This document shows positions 1 through 10,181 of a stretch of 64,000 nucleotides of DNA, one piece after another; position 1 is the first letter of the stretch, and the number at the start of each line of letters is the position of its first letter. A program made the position numbers and the translations under genes. The DNA is from an uncultured Clostridia bacterium. GTDB taxonomy: Bacteria; Bacillota; Clostridia; TANB77; CAG-508. The DNA is taken from NCBI GenBank assembly GCA_944386135.1, contig CALWZW010000001.1, forward strand, positions 86,811-150,810, given 5' to 3'. The notes beneath the pieces are model-generated. The model worked only from the letters and a program-made list of their open reading frames with translations. It did not search any database and was not told where the DNA came from.

Positions 1-62
1 AGTCTTGAAAATTGCCGTAGGTTAATAGCCTACCGTGGGTTCGAATCCCACCCTCTGCGCCA
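1..62 (+). tRNA. tRNA-Ser(TGA), 5' end cut by the window edge
   Basis: Anticodon loop cttgaaa, long variable arm, T-arm ggttcgaatcc, 3' gcgcca; aligns with the complete tRNA-Ser at 620-712. Confidence 0.6.
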
Positions 63-232
63 ATCAAAGATATGATTTTAACAATCATATCTTATTTTAT
101 TGTATAGGAAAAATCGATGTTTTCGAAAGTTATTAATAAAAGATTAATTTTACTATATAATAAAAATCTCCAGTTTTCTGGAGATTTTATATAATATTTA
201 AAATATATTAAGTTATTAATGTACTCATGCTT

Positions 233-493
233 CTATAGAGTACTAAGAATAGCAGCTGCATTAAAGATAGAATAAATACCATAAATAATACTTATAATAC
301 CCATTATAAGACCTGCAATAGCAAATCCTTTGCCTTTACCTGTTGATTTAACTTTAGATAAACCTACAGCTGAAAGGATAGTTCCGATAAGTCATACAAT
401 ACCACCAAAGTTTATAAATAATGAGCATATAGAAACAACAAAGCCAGCTATTGCAAGACCATTAGATGATTGATTAGAATTATTTTCTTCCAT
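233..493 (-). pseudogene. DUF4190-like small membrane protein with an in-frame TGA (codon 34, + strand 392-394)
   Basis: RBS aaggaga + ATG at 493; reads MEENNSNQSSNGLAIAGFVVSICSLFINFGGIV*LIGTILSAVGLSKVKSTGKGKGFAIAGLIMG... in one frame with a single internal TGA. Confidence 0.4.
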
Positions 494-576
494 AACTTAT
501 CTCCTTTTATTTAAATTTATACTATTATAATAACAGTAAATTCGACATTTGTCAAATGTTTTAAAAAATAATATAA

Positions 577-605
577 TTGACGTATATAAATATATGTATT
601 ATAAT
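577..605 (+). promoter_or_regulatory. sigma70-like promoter (TTGACG-17-TATAAT) upstream of tRNA-Ser(CGA)
   Basis: Consensus hexamers with 17-bp spacer, ~15 nt before the tRNA. Confidence 0.5.
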
Positions 606-619
606 AAATTAATATTCAT

Positions 620-712
620 GGAGAGTTGTCTGAGTTCGGTTTAAAGTACCAGTCTCGAAAACTGGAGTAGGTTAATAACTTACCGTGGGTTCAAATCCCA
701 CACTCTCCGCCA
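620..712 (+). tRNA. tRNA-Ser(CGA)
   Basis: Acceptor ggagagt/actctcc + gCCA, anticodon stem ccagt/actgg, loop ctCGAaa, long variable arm. Confidence 0.9.
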
Positions 713-776
713 GTAAAATACAGATAAATATATATAAGTTTTTTTCAAAATATATATAAGATTTTTTCAAAATTGG

Positions 777-805
777 TTGACTAAAGGCAAAAAATATATT
801 ATAAT
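777..805 (+). promoter_or_regulatory. sigma70-like promoter (TTGACT-17-TATAAT) upstream of tRNA-Ser(GCT)
   Basis: Consensus hexamers, 17-bp spacer. Confidence 0.45.
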
Positions 806-866
806 GATATAGCGTTTGAGGGACTTTTTTAGTAATTGATGAAAGTTCTTTAAAGAAATTAAATAA

Positions 867-959
867 GTAGGTGTACCCAAGTGGTTGAAGGGGACGGTTT
901 GCTAAACCGTTAGGGTTGCGTAAGTGGCCGCGAGGGTTCAAATCCCTCCACCTACGCCA
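867..959 (+). tRNA. tRNA-Ser(GCT)
   Basis: Acceptor gtaggtg/cacctac + gCCA, anticodon loop ttGCTaa, long variable arm, T-loop ggttcaaatcc. Confidence 0.9.
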
Positions 960-1001
960 AAATAAGAAATCCATTTAGAAATTTTTCTAAGTGGATTTTT
1001 T
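939..1001 (+). repeat. Direct repeat copy 1 (last 21 nt of tRNA-Ser(GCT) plus its terminator hairpin); putative attL
   Basis: 63 nt, ~94% identical to 1682-1744. Confidence 0.7.
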
Positions 1002-1033
1002 CTAAGGCAGATTAAAAAATATTATTAAAAACA

Positions 1034-1062
1034 TTGACTATGTATCAATATTTTGATAAAAT
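1034..1062 (+). promoter_or_regulatory. Putative promoter (TTGACT-17-TAAAAT) for the phd-relE module
   Basis: -35/-10 hexamers ~30 nt upstream of the RBS ggaggtg. Confidence 0.4.
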
Positions 1063-1092
1063 ATGTATATAATATTAACGGAGGTGCTTACT

Positions 1093-1347
1093 ATGCCAAT
1101 TATTAGACCAAGTTCTGATTTAAGAAATAATTACAATGAAATTTCTACAATTTGTCATCAAACAAATAGTCCAGTATATATTACAAAAAATGGTGCCGGA
1201 GATTTAGCAGTAATGAGCATTGAATTATATGAGCTTTTAACAGATAAGCATATATTATACAAAGAATTAGAAAAAGGAATAAGCTCATTAGAAAAAGGAG
1301 AAAAATTTTCTGAAGAAGAAGTATATGAAGAATTAAATAAAATATAG
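1093..1347 (+). CDS. Type II antitoxin, Phd/YefM family
   Basis: MPIIRPSSDLRNNYNEISTI...VYITKNGAGDLAVMSIELYELL matches the Phd/YefM fold; RBS ggaggtg; 15 nt before the toxin gene. Confidence 0.8.
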   Translation: MPIIRPSSDLRNNYNEISTICHQTNSPVYITKNGAGDLAVMSIELYELLTDKHILYKELEKGISSLEKGEKFSEEEVYEELNKI

Positions 1348-1362
1348 AAAGAGGGTTTATTT

Positions 1363-1671
1363 GTGAAAAAATACAATATAGAATATTCAAAAGAAGCAAA
1401 AGAAGATTTAATAAGAATAAAGCAATATATAAAATATAATTTACAAGAGCCAGAAACAGCAAATAAACTAATCTCTAAAATAAGAATGTCAATAAAAACT
1501 TTGAAGGATATCCCCGAAATACAGGCAATTATTGATGATGATATAATAAGAAAACTTGAAATAAGAAAGTTGATAGTAGATAATTATATTGTATTTTATA
1601 GAATAAAAAATGATAGTATTGAAATTGTTAGAATTATGTATGGAAGAAGAAATTGGATAAATTTATTATAA
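1363..1671 (+). CDS. Type II toxin, RelE/ParE family
   Basis: 102 aa, GTG start, ...IVRIMYGRRNW C-terminus typical of RelE/ParE; operonic with the upstream antitoxin. Confidence 0.8.
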   Translation: MKKYNIEYSKEAKEDLIRIKQYIKYNLQEPETANKLISKIRMSIKTLKDIPEIQAIIDDDIIRKLEIRKLIVDNYIVFYRIKNDSIEIVRIMYGRRNWINLL

Positions 1672-1681
1672 TAAGATAAAA

Positions 1682-1744
1682 CAAATCCTTCCACCTATGT
1701 CAAAATAAGAAATCCATTTAGAAATTTTTCTAAGTGGATTTTTT
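1682..1744 (+). repeat. Direct repeat copy 2 (degenerate tRNA-Ser 3' end plus hairpin); putative attR
   Basis: caaatccttccacctatgtcaaaataagaaatccatttagaaatttttctaagtggatttttt vs copy 1. Confidence 0.7.
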
Positions 1745-2109
1745 TTAAGAAAATAAATAATTATAAAAATTAAATAAATAAAATACAATATAATTTATAA
1801 AAATAATAATAAATTAATATGAAAATTATAAAAAAGAAAAACAATTATAAATTAAAATATTAATAAAAAATTATATAATTAAAATTAAATAAAAATTTAT
1901 TATTTAATACTAATAAAACAAAATAATTAATAGAAAAAATATATAAATTTATATAAAAAGTAAAAAATAAAAATAAATATTTAGTCATTAAAATAAAAAA
2001 TAAAATTTTGAAAATATAATTAAGAAAAAATAGAGAAATAAAATAAAAATTATAGCAATTTTATATAGAAGAGGGTATAATCTGACTGATTTTTTTAAAG
2101 TAAATAATA

Positions 2110-2740
2110 GAATTACAAAAAGTGTAAACTAGAAAAAAAGGAAAGAATATCATAAATGATAAAAATAAATGTACCAATTTTAAAAAAAATTCTTTGAGAA
2201 AAAAACTGAAATTTTGAAAAAAGTGAAAGTCTAAATAGCAGAAAATCCCTAATAAAAATTAAAGCAATGTGGATAACTTTTTGGATAAAATTGGAAGAAA
2301 AATGAATCAAGAAGAGCATAACTTATCATAAAAAACATCTTAGAAATGAAAGATAAGATGACAACATTTAAGAGGATAATAAAATCAAAATAACACACTT
2401 ATGTAAACAACAGAAAAACAAAGATATTTAATGAAAAATAAGAAAAATATTTTAAAATTTATATAAAAAAATATATTATAATAAAGAAATAATAAAAAAT
2501 TTATAAAAATAAAGTGAAAAAATTTATTTATTTTATAAATTAAATAAATAAAAATCAAGATATAATAAAATAAAAATATTATATAAATAAAATAAAAGAT
2601 AAAATTTAAGAAAAAAATAATAATAAAAAATATTTTATAAAAAATTATAATAATAAAAATTAAAATAATAAAAAATATAATATAAAAAATTATTTAATAA
2701 AATAAAAAGACACATGACAAAAAAGCAAAAATAATTTTTA
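2110..2740. repeat. Long AT-rich repeat unit A (diverged copy) with a DnaA-box pair
   Basis: Shares gtgtaaac..., the core aaatagcagaaaatccctaataaaaatNaaagcaatgtggataactttttggataaaa, cacttatgtaaacaa and the terminal cacatgacaaaaaa with units B and C; tgtggataa at 2268-2276 is the reverse complement of TTATCCACA. Confidence 0.6.
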
Positions 2741-3689
2741 TAAAATAAAACAAAAAATATAAAATAAGTTTTATAAAAAATTATAAATAATAATAAAAAA
2801 TAAAAGTAAAAATTTTTAATAATAAAATTATATTATTAAATTCCAAAAATCAAAAAACAAAAAAATAATTATATTAGAAGAATATATAAAATGAAATAAT
2901 AAATAAAATTAATAAGAAATAAGAAATATGAAAAATAAAAATAAATATAAAAATAAATATAAATATAAATATAAATGGCTAATCTATAGGCTAGAAACGG
3001 CAACAAATAAAGATCCTAAAAATAAATAAAAAGTTTTGCAAAATAAATATAATATTTTATTATATAAGAAATTAACAAAATAATAAAAAAAGTTAATAAA
3101 AAATAAACAATGTTTTAAATAATATCCGATAAATTATTTAATTTAAAATATAAAAAAATTATTAAAAGATTTTATAAAAATTATAAAAATGAAAAATATA
3201 AAATTAATTTAATAAAAAATAAAAGTATTTGTTATTAAATTAAAAGATTAGAAAATTATATAACAAAAAATAATTTATTAAATAAGAATATGAAAAAAAT
3301 AAATGTTATAATAAAAAATGATAATAGAAAAAATAAAAGTGAAAAAAATTTATAAAAGAAAATTATCATTAAAAATTAAATTCAAAAAATAATAAAAATT
3401 TTTTGACGAAATATTAATGAGAACAAAAAAAGAAAATTAATAAATTGAAAAATTAAAATTTAATTAATTGAAAATTAGAAAATAAAAATACTAAATTTTT
3501 AAATACAAAATTAAAATGAGATATAAAAAAGTATAAAAAGATAATTTAAAATATTTAAAATTTAAGAAAATATTTATAAAAATATAACAATAAAAAAAGT
3601 AAAAAGAAAAAATAAAAATTATGAGAACTTTATAGAAAAATCAGGTTAATCTGAATAACTTTTTCTAAGAGAAAAAATCTAAAACAAAA

Positions 3690-4412
3690 AAATGTAAACC
3701 ATAAAAAAAGAAAAAGTTATCACAAAAGAAAGTAACAGCAAGATTGAGTTTGATGAGATGTCTTAAAGGACTCTTTTTAAAATTTTGAAAGAGGTATAAG
3801 CTTAAATAGCAGAAAATCCCTAATAAAAATGAAAACAATGTGGATAACTTTTTGGATAAAACTGGAAGAAAAATAGAGAAAAAATGATAAAAATCATTAC
3901 AAAAAGAGTATGATAGAGAGAAAATAAGAGGACAAAATAAGGAAGATGAGGAAGACAAAATAATACACTTATGTAAACAATGAAAAAATTAAGAATCTGA
4001 TAAAAGATGAAGCAAAAATTTTAGAAATTTATATAAAAACTAATACTTAAGTAAAAAGATATAACAAAAAAAATAGTAAAATAAATTAAAAAATATATAT
4101 GTTTTATAAAATAAAGAAATAAAAATTAGAAATTATTAAAAATATTTTATAAAAATAAAATTGTAAAATAGAAAAATATAATATAAAAAAAGAAGTATAA
4201 AAATAAAAAAGAAAATAATAAAAATAAAATCAAATAAATTAATTTTAAAAATATAAAAAAAGAATTAGTAAAAAATTTTTATAAAAATTATATAAATAAA
4301 AATTATAAAATTAATATAATAAAAAAATAAATTAAAAATTTTAAAAGTTTATAAAAAAATATTTAATAAAAACACATGACAAAAAAACAAAAATATTTTT
4401 TTAAAAATAAAA
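3690..4412. repeat. Long AT-rich repeat unit B with a DnaA-box pair
   Basis: About 95% identical to unit C over ~700 bp; tgtggataa at 3839-3847 followed by ttggataaaa. Confidence 0.7.
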
Positions 4413-4799
4413 TAAAAAATTTATGAAAAGAAAAAAATAATTATCAAATAAATTTTATAATAAAAAAATAATGATATAAAAAATAAAATTAAAATTTTTT
4501 TATAGAGAAAAATTTTTAAAATAAAAATTAAATTTTAGAATAAAAAAATTTTATAGAATATTAATAAAATAAAAATTAGAAAAGTGAAATTAAAAAAAGA
4601 AAAAATATATAATTAAATATTTATATATGAAATTAAAATGAGCTAAAAAATAATAAAAATAAGATAAATTTTTATAATAAAAACTTTAAAAATAGATTCG
4701 AAAAAATCTAATGAGAAAAGAATAAAGAATATAGTAAATTTATATAAAAGTTTAGTCTAATCCGAGAGATTTTTTTAGAAGCAAAAGAATAGAAAAGTA

Positions 4800-5500
4800 A
4801 AAAGTGTAAACCAAATAGAAAGAAGAAAACGACATAAAAACCAGAAATAAGTAGAGAGGCTTATGTAAGAAGATAAGAAAAGTAAGTTTTGAAATTTTGG
4901 AAAGACTAAAAGCTTAAACATCAAAAAATCCCTAATAAAAATGAAAGCAATGTGGATAACTTTTTGGATAAAACTGGAAGAAAAATAAAGGAAAAATGAT
5001 AAAAATCATTACAAAAAGAGTATGATAGAGAGAAAATAAGAGGACAAAATAGGGAAGATGCGGAAGACAAAATAATACACTTATGTAAACAATGAAAAAA
5101 TTAAGAATCTGATGAAAGATGAAGCAAAAATTTTAGAAATTTATATAAAAACTAATACTTAAGTAAAAAGATATAACAAGAAAATAGTAAAATAAACTAA
5201 AAAATATATATGTTTTATAAAATAAAGAAATAAAAATTAGAAATTATTAAAAATATTTTATAAAAATAAAATTGTAAAATAGAAAAATATAATATAAAAA
5301 AAGAAGTATAAAAATAAAAAAGAAAATAATAAAAATAAAATCAAATAAATTAATTTTAAAAAATATAAAAAAAGAATTAGTAAAAAAATTTTTATAAAAT
5401 TATATAAATAAAAATTATAAAATTAATATAATAAAAAAATAAATTAAAAAATTTATAAAAAAATATTTAATAAAACACATGACAAAAAATAAAATATAAA
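4800..5500. repeat. Long AT-rich repeat unit C with a DnaA-box pair
   Basis: Near-identical to unit B; tgtggataa at 4951-4959. Confidence 0.7.
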
Positions 5501-5623
5501 ATAAATTTAAAATTAAAATTCTAATATTAAATAAAAAATATTTTAAACTATTTAATTTAATATTTATAAAAATAAATAAAAATAAACCAAAGAAAAGTTT
5601 TTTCTAAGGTTTATTTCTATTCA

Positions 5624-8600
5624 TTATTTTGTAATTAATTCTTTTTCTGCTTTTTCATCAACAATATTTTTATCAATGTCTTGTCTTGCTAAATTATCTT
5701 TTGCAACAGTCATTAACAACTTTAATCTATTAGTTTGGTTTGCTTCACTAGCACCAGGATCATAATCAACAGGAGAAATGTTTGCGTCAGGATATTTAGA
5801 ACGTATAGTTTTTATTACTCCTTTTCCAACAACGTGATTTGGAAGACATGCAAAAGGCTGAACACAAACAATATTTGGAATATCATTTTCTATGTATTCT
5901 ATCATTTCTGCAGTCAAAAACCAACCTTCTCCAGTTTGATTACCTATAGATAAAATATCTTTTACTTTATCTTCCAAATGCCAAATATCACATGGTGGTA
6001 AATAATTTTTTGAAGAGTTTGATAATGCTATTCTTAAATCTTTTTCAAAAATGTCTATTAACTTTAAAGCAAATTTAAATAATTTTGCTTTTGTTTTATC
6101 TGTATTAAGTAAAGTGTTAAATGTTATTTTATGAGTTGCCATAAACTTAACAAATCCCATAAAATCTGGCATTATAACTTCAGCACCTTCTCTTTCCAAT
6201 ACATCTATAACGAAATTATTTCCGAAAGGATGATATTTTATTAAAATTTCTCCAACAATACCAACTTTAGGTTTTTTAATAGATGTATCTAATTCAATTT
6301 TTTCAAAGTCATTAACCATATCGTAGATACTTTGCTTAAATTGTTTTGAATTAGACTTTTGCACTAAAGTTTTACATTTTTCCATCCAAGTATCATATAC
6401 TTTTTGCGTTTCACCCTTGTTTACTTCATAAGCTCTATTTTTTAACAATAATTTTTGAAGTAAATCACCATATACTACAGATTTTAATAATTTTTCAATT
6501 AATGGAATTGTAATTTTAAATCCAGGATTTTTTTCCATACCTACAATATTAAATGATATTACAGGAACTTGAGGAAAACCAGCATCTTTTAAAGCTTTTC
6601 TTATAAATCCTATGTAATTTGTTGCTCTACAACCGCCACCTGTTTGAGACATAATAAGAGCAGTTTTATTTACATCATATTCTCCAGATTGAAGAGCTTC
6701 AATCATTTGTCCAGTTGTTAAAATTGATGGATAACATGCATCATTATTTACATACTTAAGTCCAGTTTCAACTGTCTTCTGTGTACATTTATCAAGTAGT
6801 TTTACGTTATAGCCACAAGAGTTTACGGCTGACTCTAATAGTTCAAAATGTATAGGAGCCATTTGAGGAATAAGTATAGTATAATCTTTTCTCATTTCCT
6901 TAGTGAAAGGAACTTTATGTATATCATACTCACCTTTAGGTATAGCACAAGAAGAAGTTCCCTCTTTCTTCTTTTTTTCAAGACGCTTATTTATACTTGC
7001 AAGTAATGACCTAATACGTATACGTACAGCACCTAAGTTATTTACTTCATCAATTTTTATAAGAGTATACATTTTATCGTAACTTGATAATATTTCTTCA
7101 ACTTGGTCAGTTGTTACAGCATCGACACCACAGCCAAAAGAGTTAAGTTGAACAAGTTCTAAGTTATCATGAGTTCCAACAAATTCTGCAGCAGAATATA
7201 ATCTACTATGAAATACCCATTGATCAACAACTCTTAAAGGTCTTTTGACATTTACATCTTTTGCAACAGAATCTTCTGTTAAAACACAAAGCCCAAGACT
7301 TGTGATTAGTGTATCTATACCATGATTAATTTCTGAGTCTACATGGTATGGACGACCTGCAAGAACAATTCCTTTCAAATCATGTTCTTCCATATAAGCT
7401 AATGCTTCTTTAGCCTTATCCCTAATATCTTGTTTGCATTTTTGATATTCTTCTTCAGCTGCTTTTGCAGCTTCTGTTAATTCTTTCTTATTAAAATTAT
7501 ACTCTGCAAATTCATCTAATTCTAATACTTTTGCGACTAAATTTTTAGTATCAAAAGGTAAGAAAGGATTAATAAATTTAATGTTTTTAATTTCCTCAAC
7601 ATTATTTTTTATAACTTCTGAATAAGAAATAACAATAGGACAGTTGTATTTATTATCAGCATCTTTATTTTCCTTTCTAGAATATGGCATACAAGGATAA
7701 AATATAGTTTTTATTCCAGCATTTATTAGACTTACAACATGACCATGAGAAAGTTTTGCAGGATAGCATACTGACTCAGAAGGCATAGATTCCATACCTT
7801 TTTCGTAAGTTTTTCTAGTACTTTTTTCAGAAATTATAACCCTAAATCCAAGTTTAGTGAAGAAAGTAAACCAGAAAGGATAATCTTCATACATATTTAA
7901 AACTCTTGGAATTCCTATAACTCCTCTAGGAGCTTTTTCAATAGGTAAAGGTTCATAGCCAAAAATTCTTTCTGCCTTGTATTTTACTAGATTAGGTAAT
8001 TCAGACTTGCCTGTAACAATACCAGCTCCACGTTCGCAACGATTACCTGAAATATGAGTTTTTCCATTGTTAAATCTATTTATAGTTAATTGACAATGAT
8101 TTTCGCAACCATTACATCTTGTGTGAGTTACTTTAATATCTAACTTATCAATTTCCTCTAAAGTAGCAAGAGTTGAAGTATATTCCATGTCCAAATTTGC
8201 TTCATATTGTTCTTTACTTAAAAGAGCAACACCATAAGCACCCATAAGTCCAGCTATATCCGGTCTAACAACTTCTTTTCCGACTATAAGCTCAAAACTA
8301 CGAAGAACAGCATCATTGTAAAAAGTACCACCTTGAACAACGATATGATCACCTAAAGTTTCTGGATCTCTAATTTTCATAACCTTTTGAATAGCGTTTT
8401 TAATTACTGAAATAGAAAGTCCAGCAGAAATATCCCCAACAGAATATCCCTCTTTTTGTGATTGCTTAATCTTAGAATTCATAAAAACTGTACATCTAGA
8501 ACCTAAATCTACAGGGTGTCTAGCTGTTAATGCCTCATTTACAAACTCTTCAATAGAAAGATTTAAGCTTTTAGCGAAAGTCTCTATAAAAGAACCACAA

Positions 8601-9949
8601 CCAGAAGAACAAGCCTCATTAAGCATTATATTATCGATAGACCCATTTTTTAATTTTATGTATTTCATGTCTTGACCACCGATGTCCACAATACTTGTAA
8701 CATTGGGCATAAATTCAGAAGCAGCTCTATAATGAGCGATTGTTTCAATTTCATTTAAGTCAACATTTAAAGCTGTCTGAATCAACTTTTCACCATAACC
8801 TGTAACTCCTGCATAACGTATTTTAGCACCATTTGGCAAAATACTATAAACTTCTTTTAACATATCTATTACACTTTTTAAAGGATCTCCCTCATTGTTT
8901 CTATAAATAGAATAAAGAAGAGCTCCTTCATTATCAATTATTGCAAGTTTTGTAGTAGTAGAACCTGCATCAATACCGATAAAACAATCACCAGAGAAAT
9001 TCTTTAAATCTCTTCTTTTAACCTTTGCTTTAGAATGACGTTTCTTAAATTCATCGTATTCTGCATCAATTGAAAATAAAGGAGGTAAAGGTTCAGTAGT
9101 AGTATCTTTAGAATTCCTTAACACTTCAATTTTACTCTTTAATTTTTGTACAGAAATAGGATTTCTATTTAAAGAATCTAGAGCAGCACCTTTTGCTACT
9201 AAAAGATGTGCATCATCAGGTACTATTGTTTCTTCTGGAGTTAAGTTCAAAGTTTCAACAAAACGTTTTCTTAGCTCAGACAAGTAGTTTAGAGGACCAC
9301 CTAAAAAAGCAATATTTCCACGTATTGGTCTACCACAAGCAAGTCCACTAATAGTTTGATTTACAACTGCTTGAAAAATTGAAACTGCAATATCAGACTT
9401 AGCAGCACCTTCATTTATAAGAGGTTGCACATCAGTTTTGGCAAAAACTCCACAACGAGAAGCTATAGGGTATATTGTAGTATAATTTTTAGCAAGTTCG
9501 TTTAGTCCAGCAGTATCAGTATGTAAAAGGCTTGCCATTTGGTCCAAGAAAGCACCTGTTCCTCCAGCACAAGTTCCATTCATACGTTGCTCTACAAATT
9601 TATCAAAATAAATTATTTTTGCATCTTCTCCACCAAGCTCTATGACAACATCAGTTTGAGGAATATACTTTTCAACAGCACGTTTACAAGAAACAACTTC
9701 TTGGATAAAAGGTACATCTAAGAAATTAGCTGCAGACATTGCACCAGAACCTGTTAATGCAATAGTAAATTCATTATTTGGATAAGCCTCTGCAAGCTCA
9801 TTTAACACCTTACATATAGTATTTTTAGTATCAGAAAAATGTCTTTCATAAGATGTATATATAGTTTCTAAATTATCATTCATAACAACAATTTTTACAG
9901 TGGTTGAACCAACATCTAATCCAACATGTAATAATTTTTCATTACTCAT
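5624..9949 (-). CDS. Fused CoA-substrate-specific enzyme activase: two BadF/BadG/BcrA/BcrD-type ATPase domains plus a 2-hydroxyacyl-CoA dehydratase D-component-like domain (1441 aa)
   Basis: Two acetate/sugar-kinase-fold ATPase motifs (LHVGLDVGSTTVKIVV; CFIGIDAGSTTTKLAII), Cys-rich C-terminal domain (CNGCENHCQ), uninterrupted ORF. Confidence 0.8.
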   Translation of the reverse strand: MSNEKLLHVGLDVGSTTVKIVVMNDNLETIYTSYERHFSDTKNTICKVLNELAEAYPNNEFTIALTGSGAMSAANFLDVPFIQEVVSCKRAVEKYIPQTDVVIELGGEDAKIIYFDKFVEQRMNGTCAGGTGAFLDQMASLLHTDTAGLNELAKNYTTIYPIASRCGVFAKTDVQPLINEGAAKSDIAVSIFQAVVNQTISGLACGRPIRGNIAFLGGPLNYLSELRKRFVETLNLTPEETIVPDDAHLLVAKGAALDSLNRNPISVQKLKSKIEVLRNSKDTTTEPLPPLFSIDAEYDEFKKRHSKAKVKRRDLKNFSGDCFIGIDAGSTTTKLAIIDNEGALLYSIYRNNEGDPLKSVIDMLKEVYSILPNGAKIRYAGVTGYGEKLIQTALNVDLNEIETIAHYRAASEFMPNVTSIVDIGGQDMKYIKLKNGSIDNIMLNEACSSGCGSFIETFAKSLNLSIEEFVNEALTARHPVDLGSRCTVFMNSKIKQSQKEGYSVGDISAGLSISVIKNAIQKVMKIRDPETLGDHIVVQGGTFYNDAVLRSFELIVGKEVVRPDIAGLMGAYGVALLSKEQYEANLDMEYTSTLATLEEIDKLDIKVTHTRCNGCENHCQLTINRFNNGKTHISGNRCERGAGIVTGKSELPNLVKYKAERIFGYEPLPIEKAPRGVIGIPRVLNMYEDYPFWFTFFTKLGFRVIISEKSTRKTYEKGMESMPSESVCYPAKLSHGHVVSLINAGIKTIFYPCMPYSRKENKDADNKYNCPIVISYSEVIKNNVEEIKNIKFINPFLPFDTKNLVAKVLELDEFAEYNFNKKELTEAAKAAEEEYQKCKQDIRDKAKEALAYMEEHDLKGIVLAGRPYHVDSEINHGIDTLITSLGLCVLTEDSVAKDVNVKRPLRVVDQWVFHSRLYSAAEFVGTHDNLELVQLNSFGCGVDAVTTDQVEEILSSYDKMYTLIKIDEVNNLGAVRIRIRSLLASINKRLEKKKKEGTSSCAIPKGEYDIHKVPFTKEMRKDYTILIPQMAPIHFELLESAVNSCGYNVKLLDKCTQKTVETGLKYVNNDACYPSILTTGQMIEALQSGEYDVNKTALIMSQTGGGCRATNYIGFIRKALKDAGFPQVPVISFNIVGMEKNPGFKITIPLIEKLLKSVVYGDLLQKLLLKNRAYEVNKGETQKVYDTWMEKCKTLVQKSNSKQFKQSIYDMVNDFEKIELDTSIKKPKVGIVGEILIKYHPFGNNFVIDVLEREGAEVIMPDFMGFVKFMATHKITFNTLLNTDKTKAKLFKFALKLIDIFEKDLRIALSNSSKNYLPPCDIWHLEDKVKDILSIGNQTGEGWFLTAEMIEYIENDIPNIVCVQPFACLPNHVVGKGVIKTIRSKYPDANISPVDYDPGASEANQTNRLKLLMTVAKDNLARQDIDKNIVDEKAEKELITK

Positions 9950-10181
9950 ATAAATATCTCCTTAAATCTAAATATATTAATGCATTATTATTGTATACGC
10001 AAATCATGAATTTGTCAATGTAAAAAAAGACCATATATTGTCCAAAAGGATGTATAAATAAGGAAAAAAATCATATGAAAAGTAGTCGAAACATAAGAAA
10101 ATTAAATTTAATAAAAATTTATACATAATTTGTCCGACCAGTAAATATATTTTAGTATGATTTTTTTAGGTGGAGGCAAAT

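Noticed and set aside
672-974. 100-aa minus-strand ORF
   Set aside because: It lies antisense across two tRNA-Ser genes and their promoters; translation artefact.
2113-3958. Minus-strand ORFs 2113-2319 and 3665-3958 inside the AT-rich block
   Set aside because: Low-complexity F/L/S-rich translations of poly-T/A DNA, no RBS, and they overlap the repeat units; not coding.
1745-5620. Chromosomal oriC assignment for the DnaA-box repeats
   Set aside because: Not asserted. No dnaA/dnaN is adjacent and the flanking gene orientation is convergent rather than divergent. Kept only as a hypothesis in findings.
1745-5620. CRISPR array
   Set aside because: The repeats are ~700 bp long with a ~1.1-kb period, not 25-40-bp repeats with unique spacers; no cas genes.
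5735-9721. Small plus-strand ORFs (5735-5953, 9539-9721) inside the 1441-aa gene
   Set aside because: Antisense to a well-supported long CDS.
10170-10181. GTG start at 10170 for the GerMN gene (ORF track)
   Set aside because: The ATG at 10182 has a properly spaced RBS (ggtggagg); the GTG lies inside that RBS.
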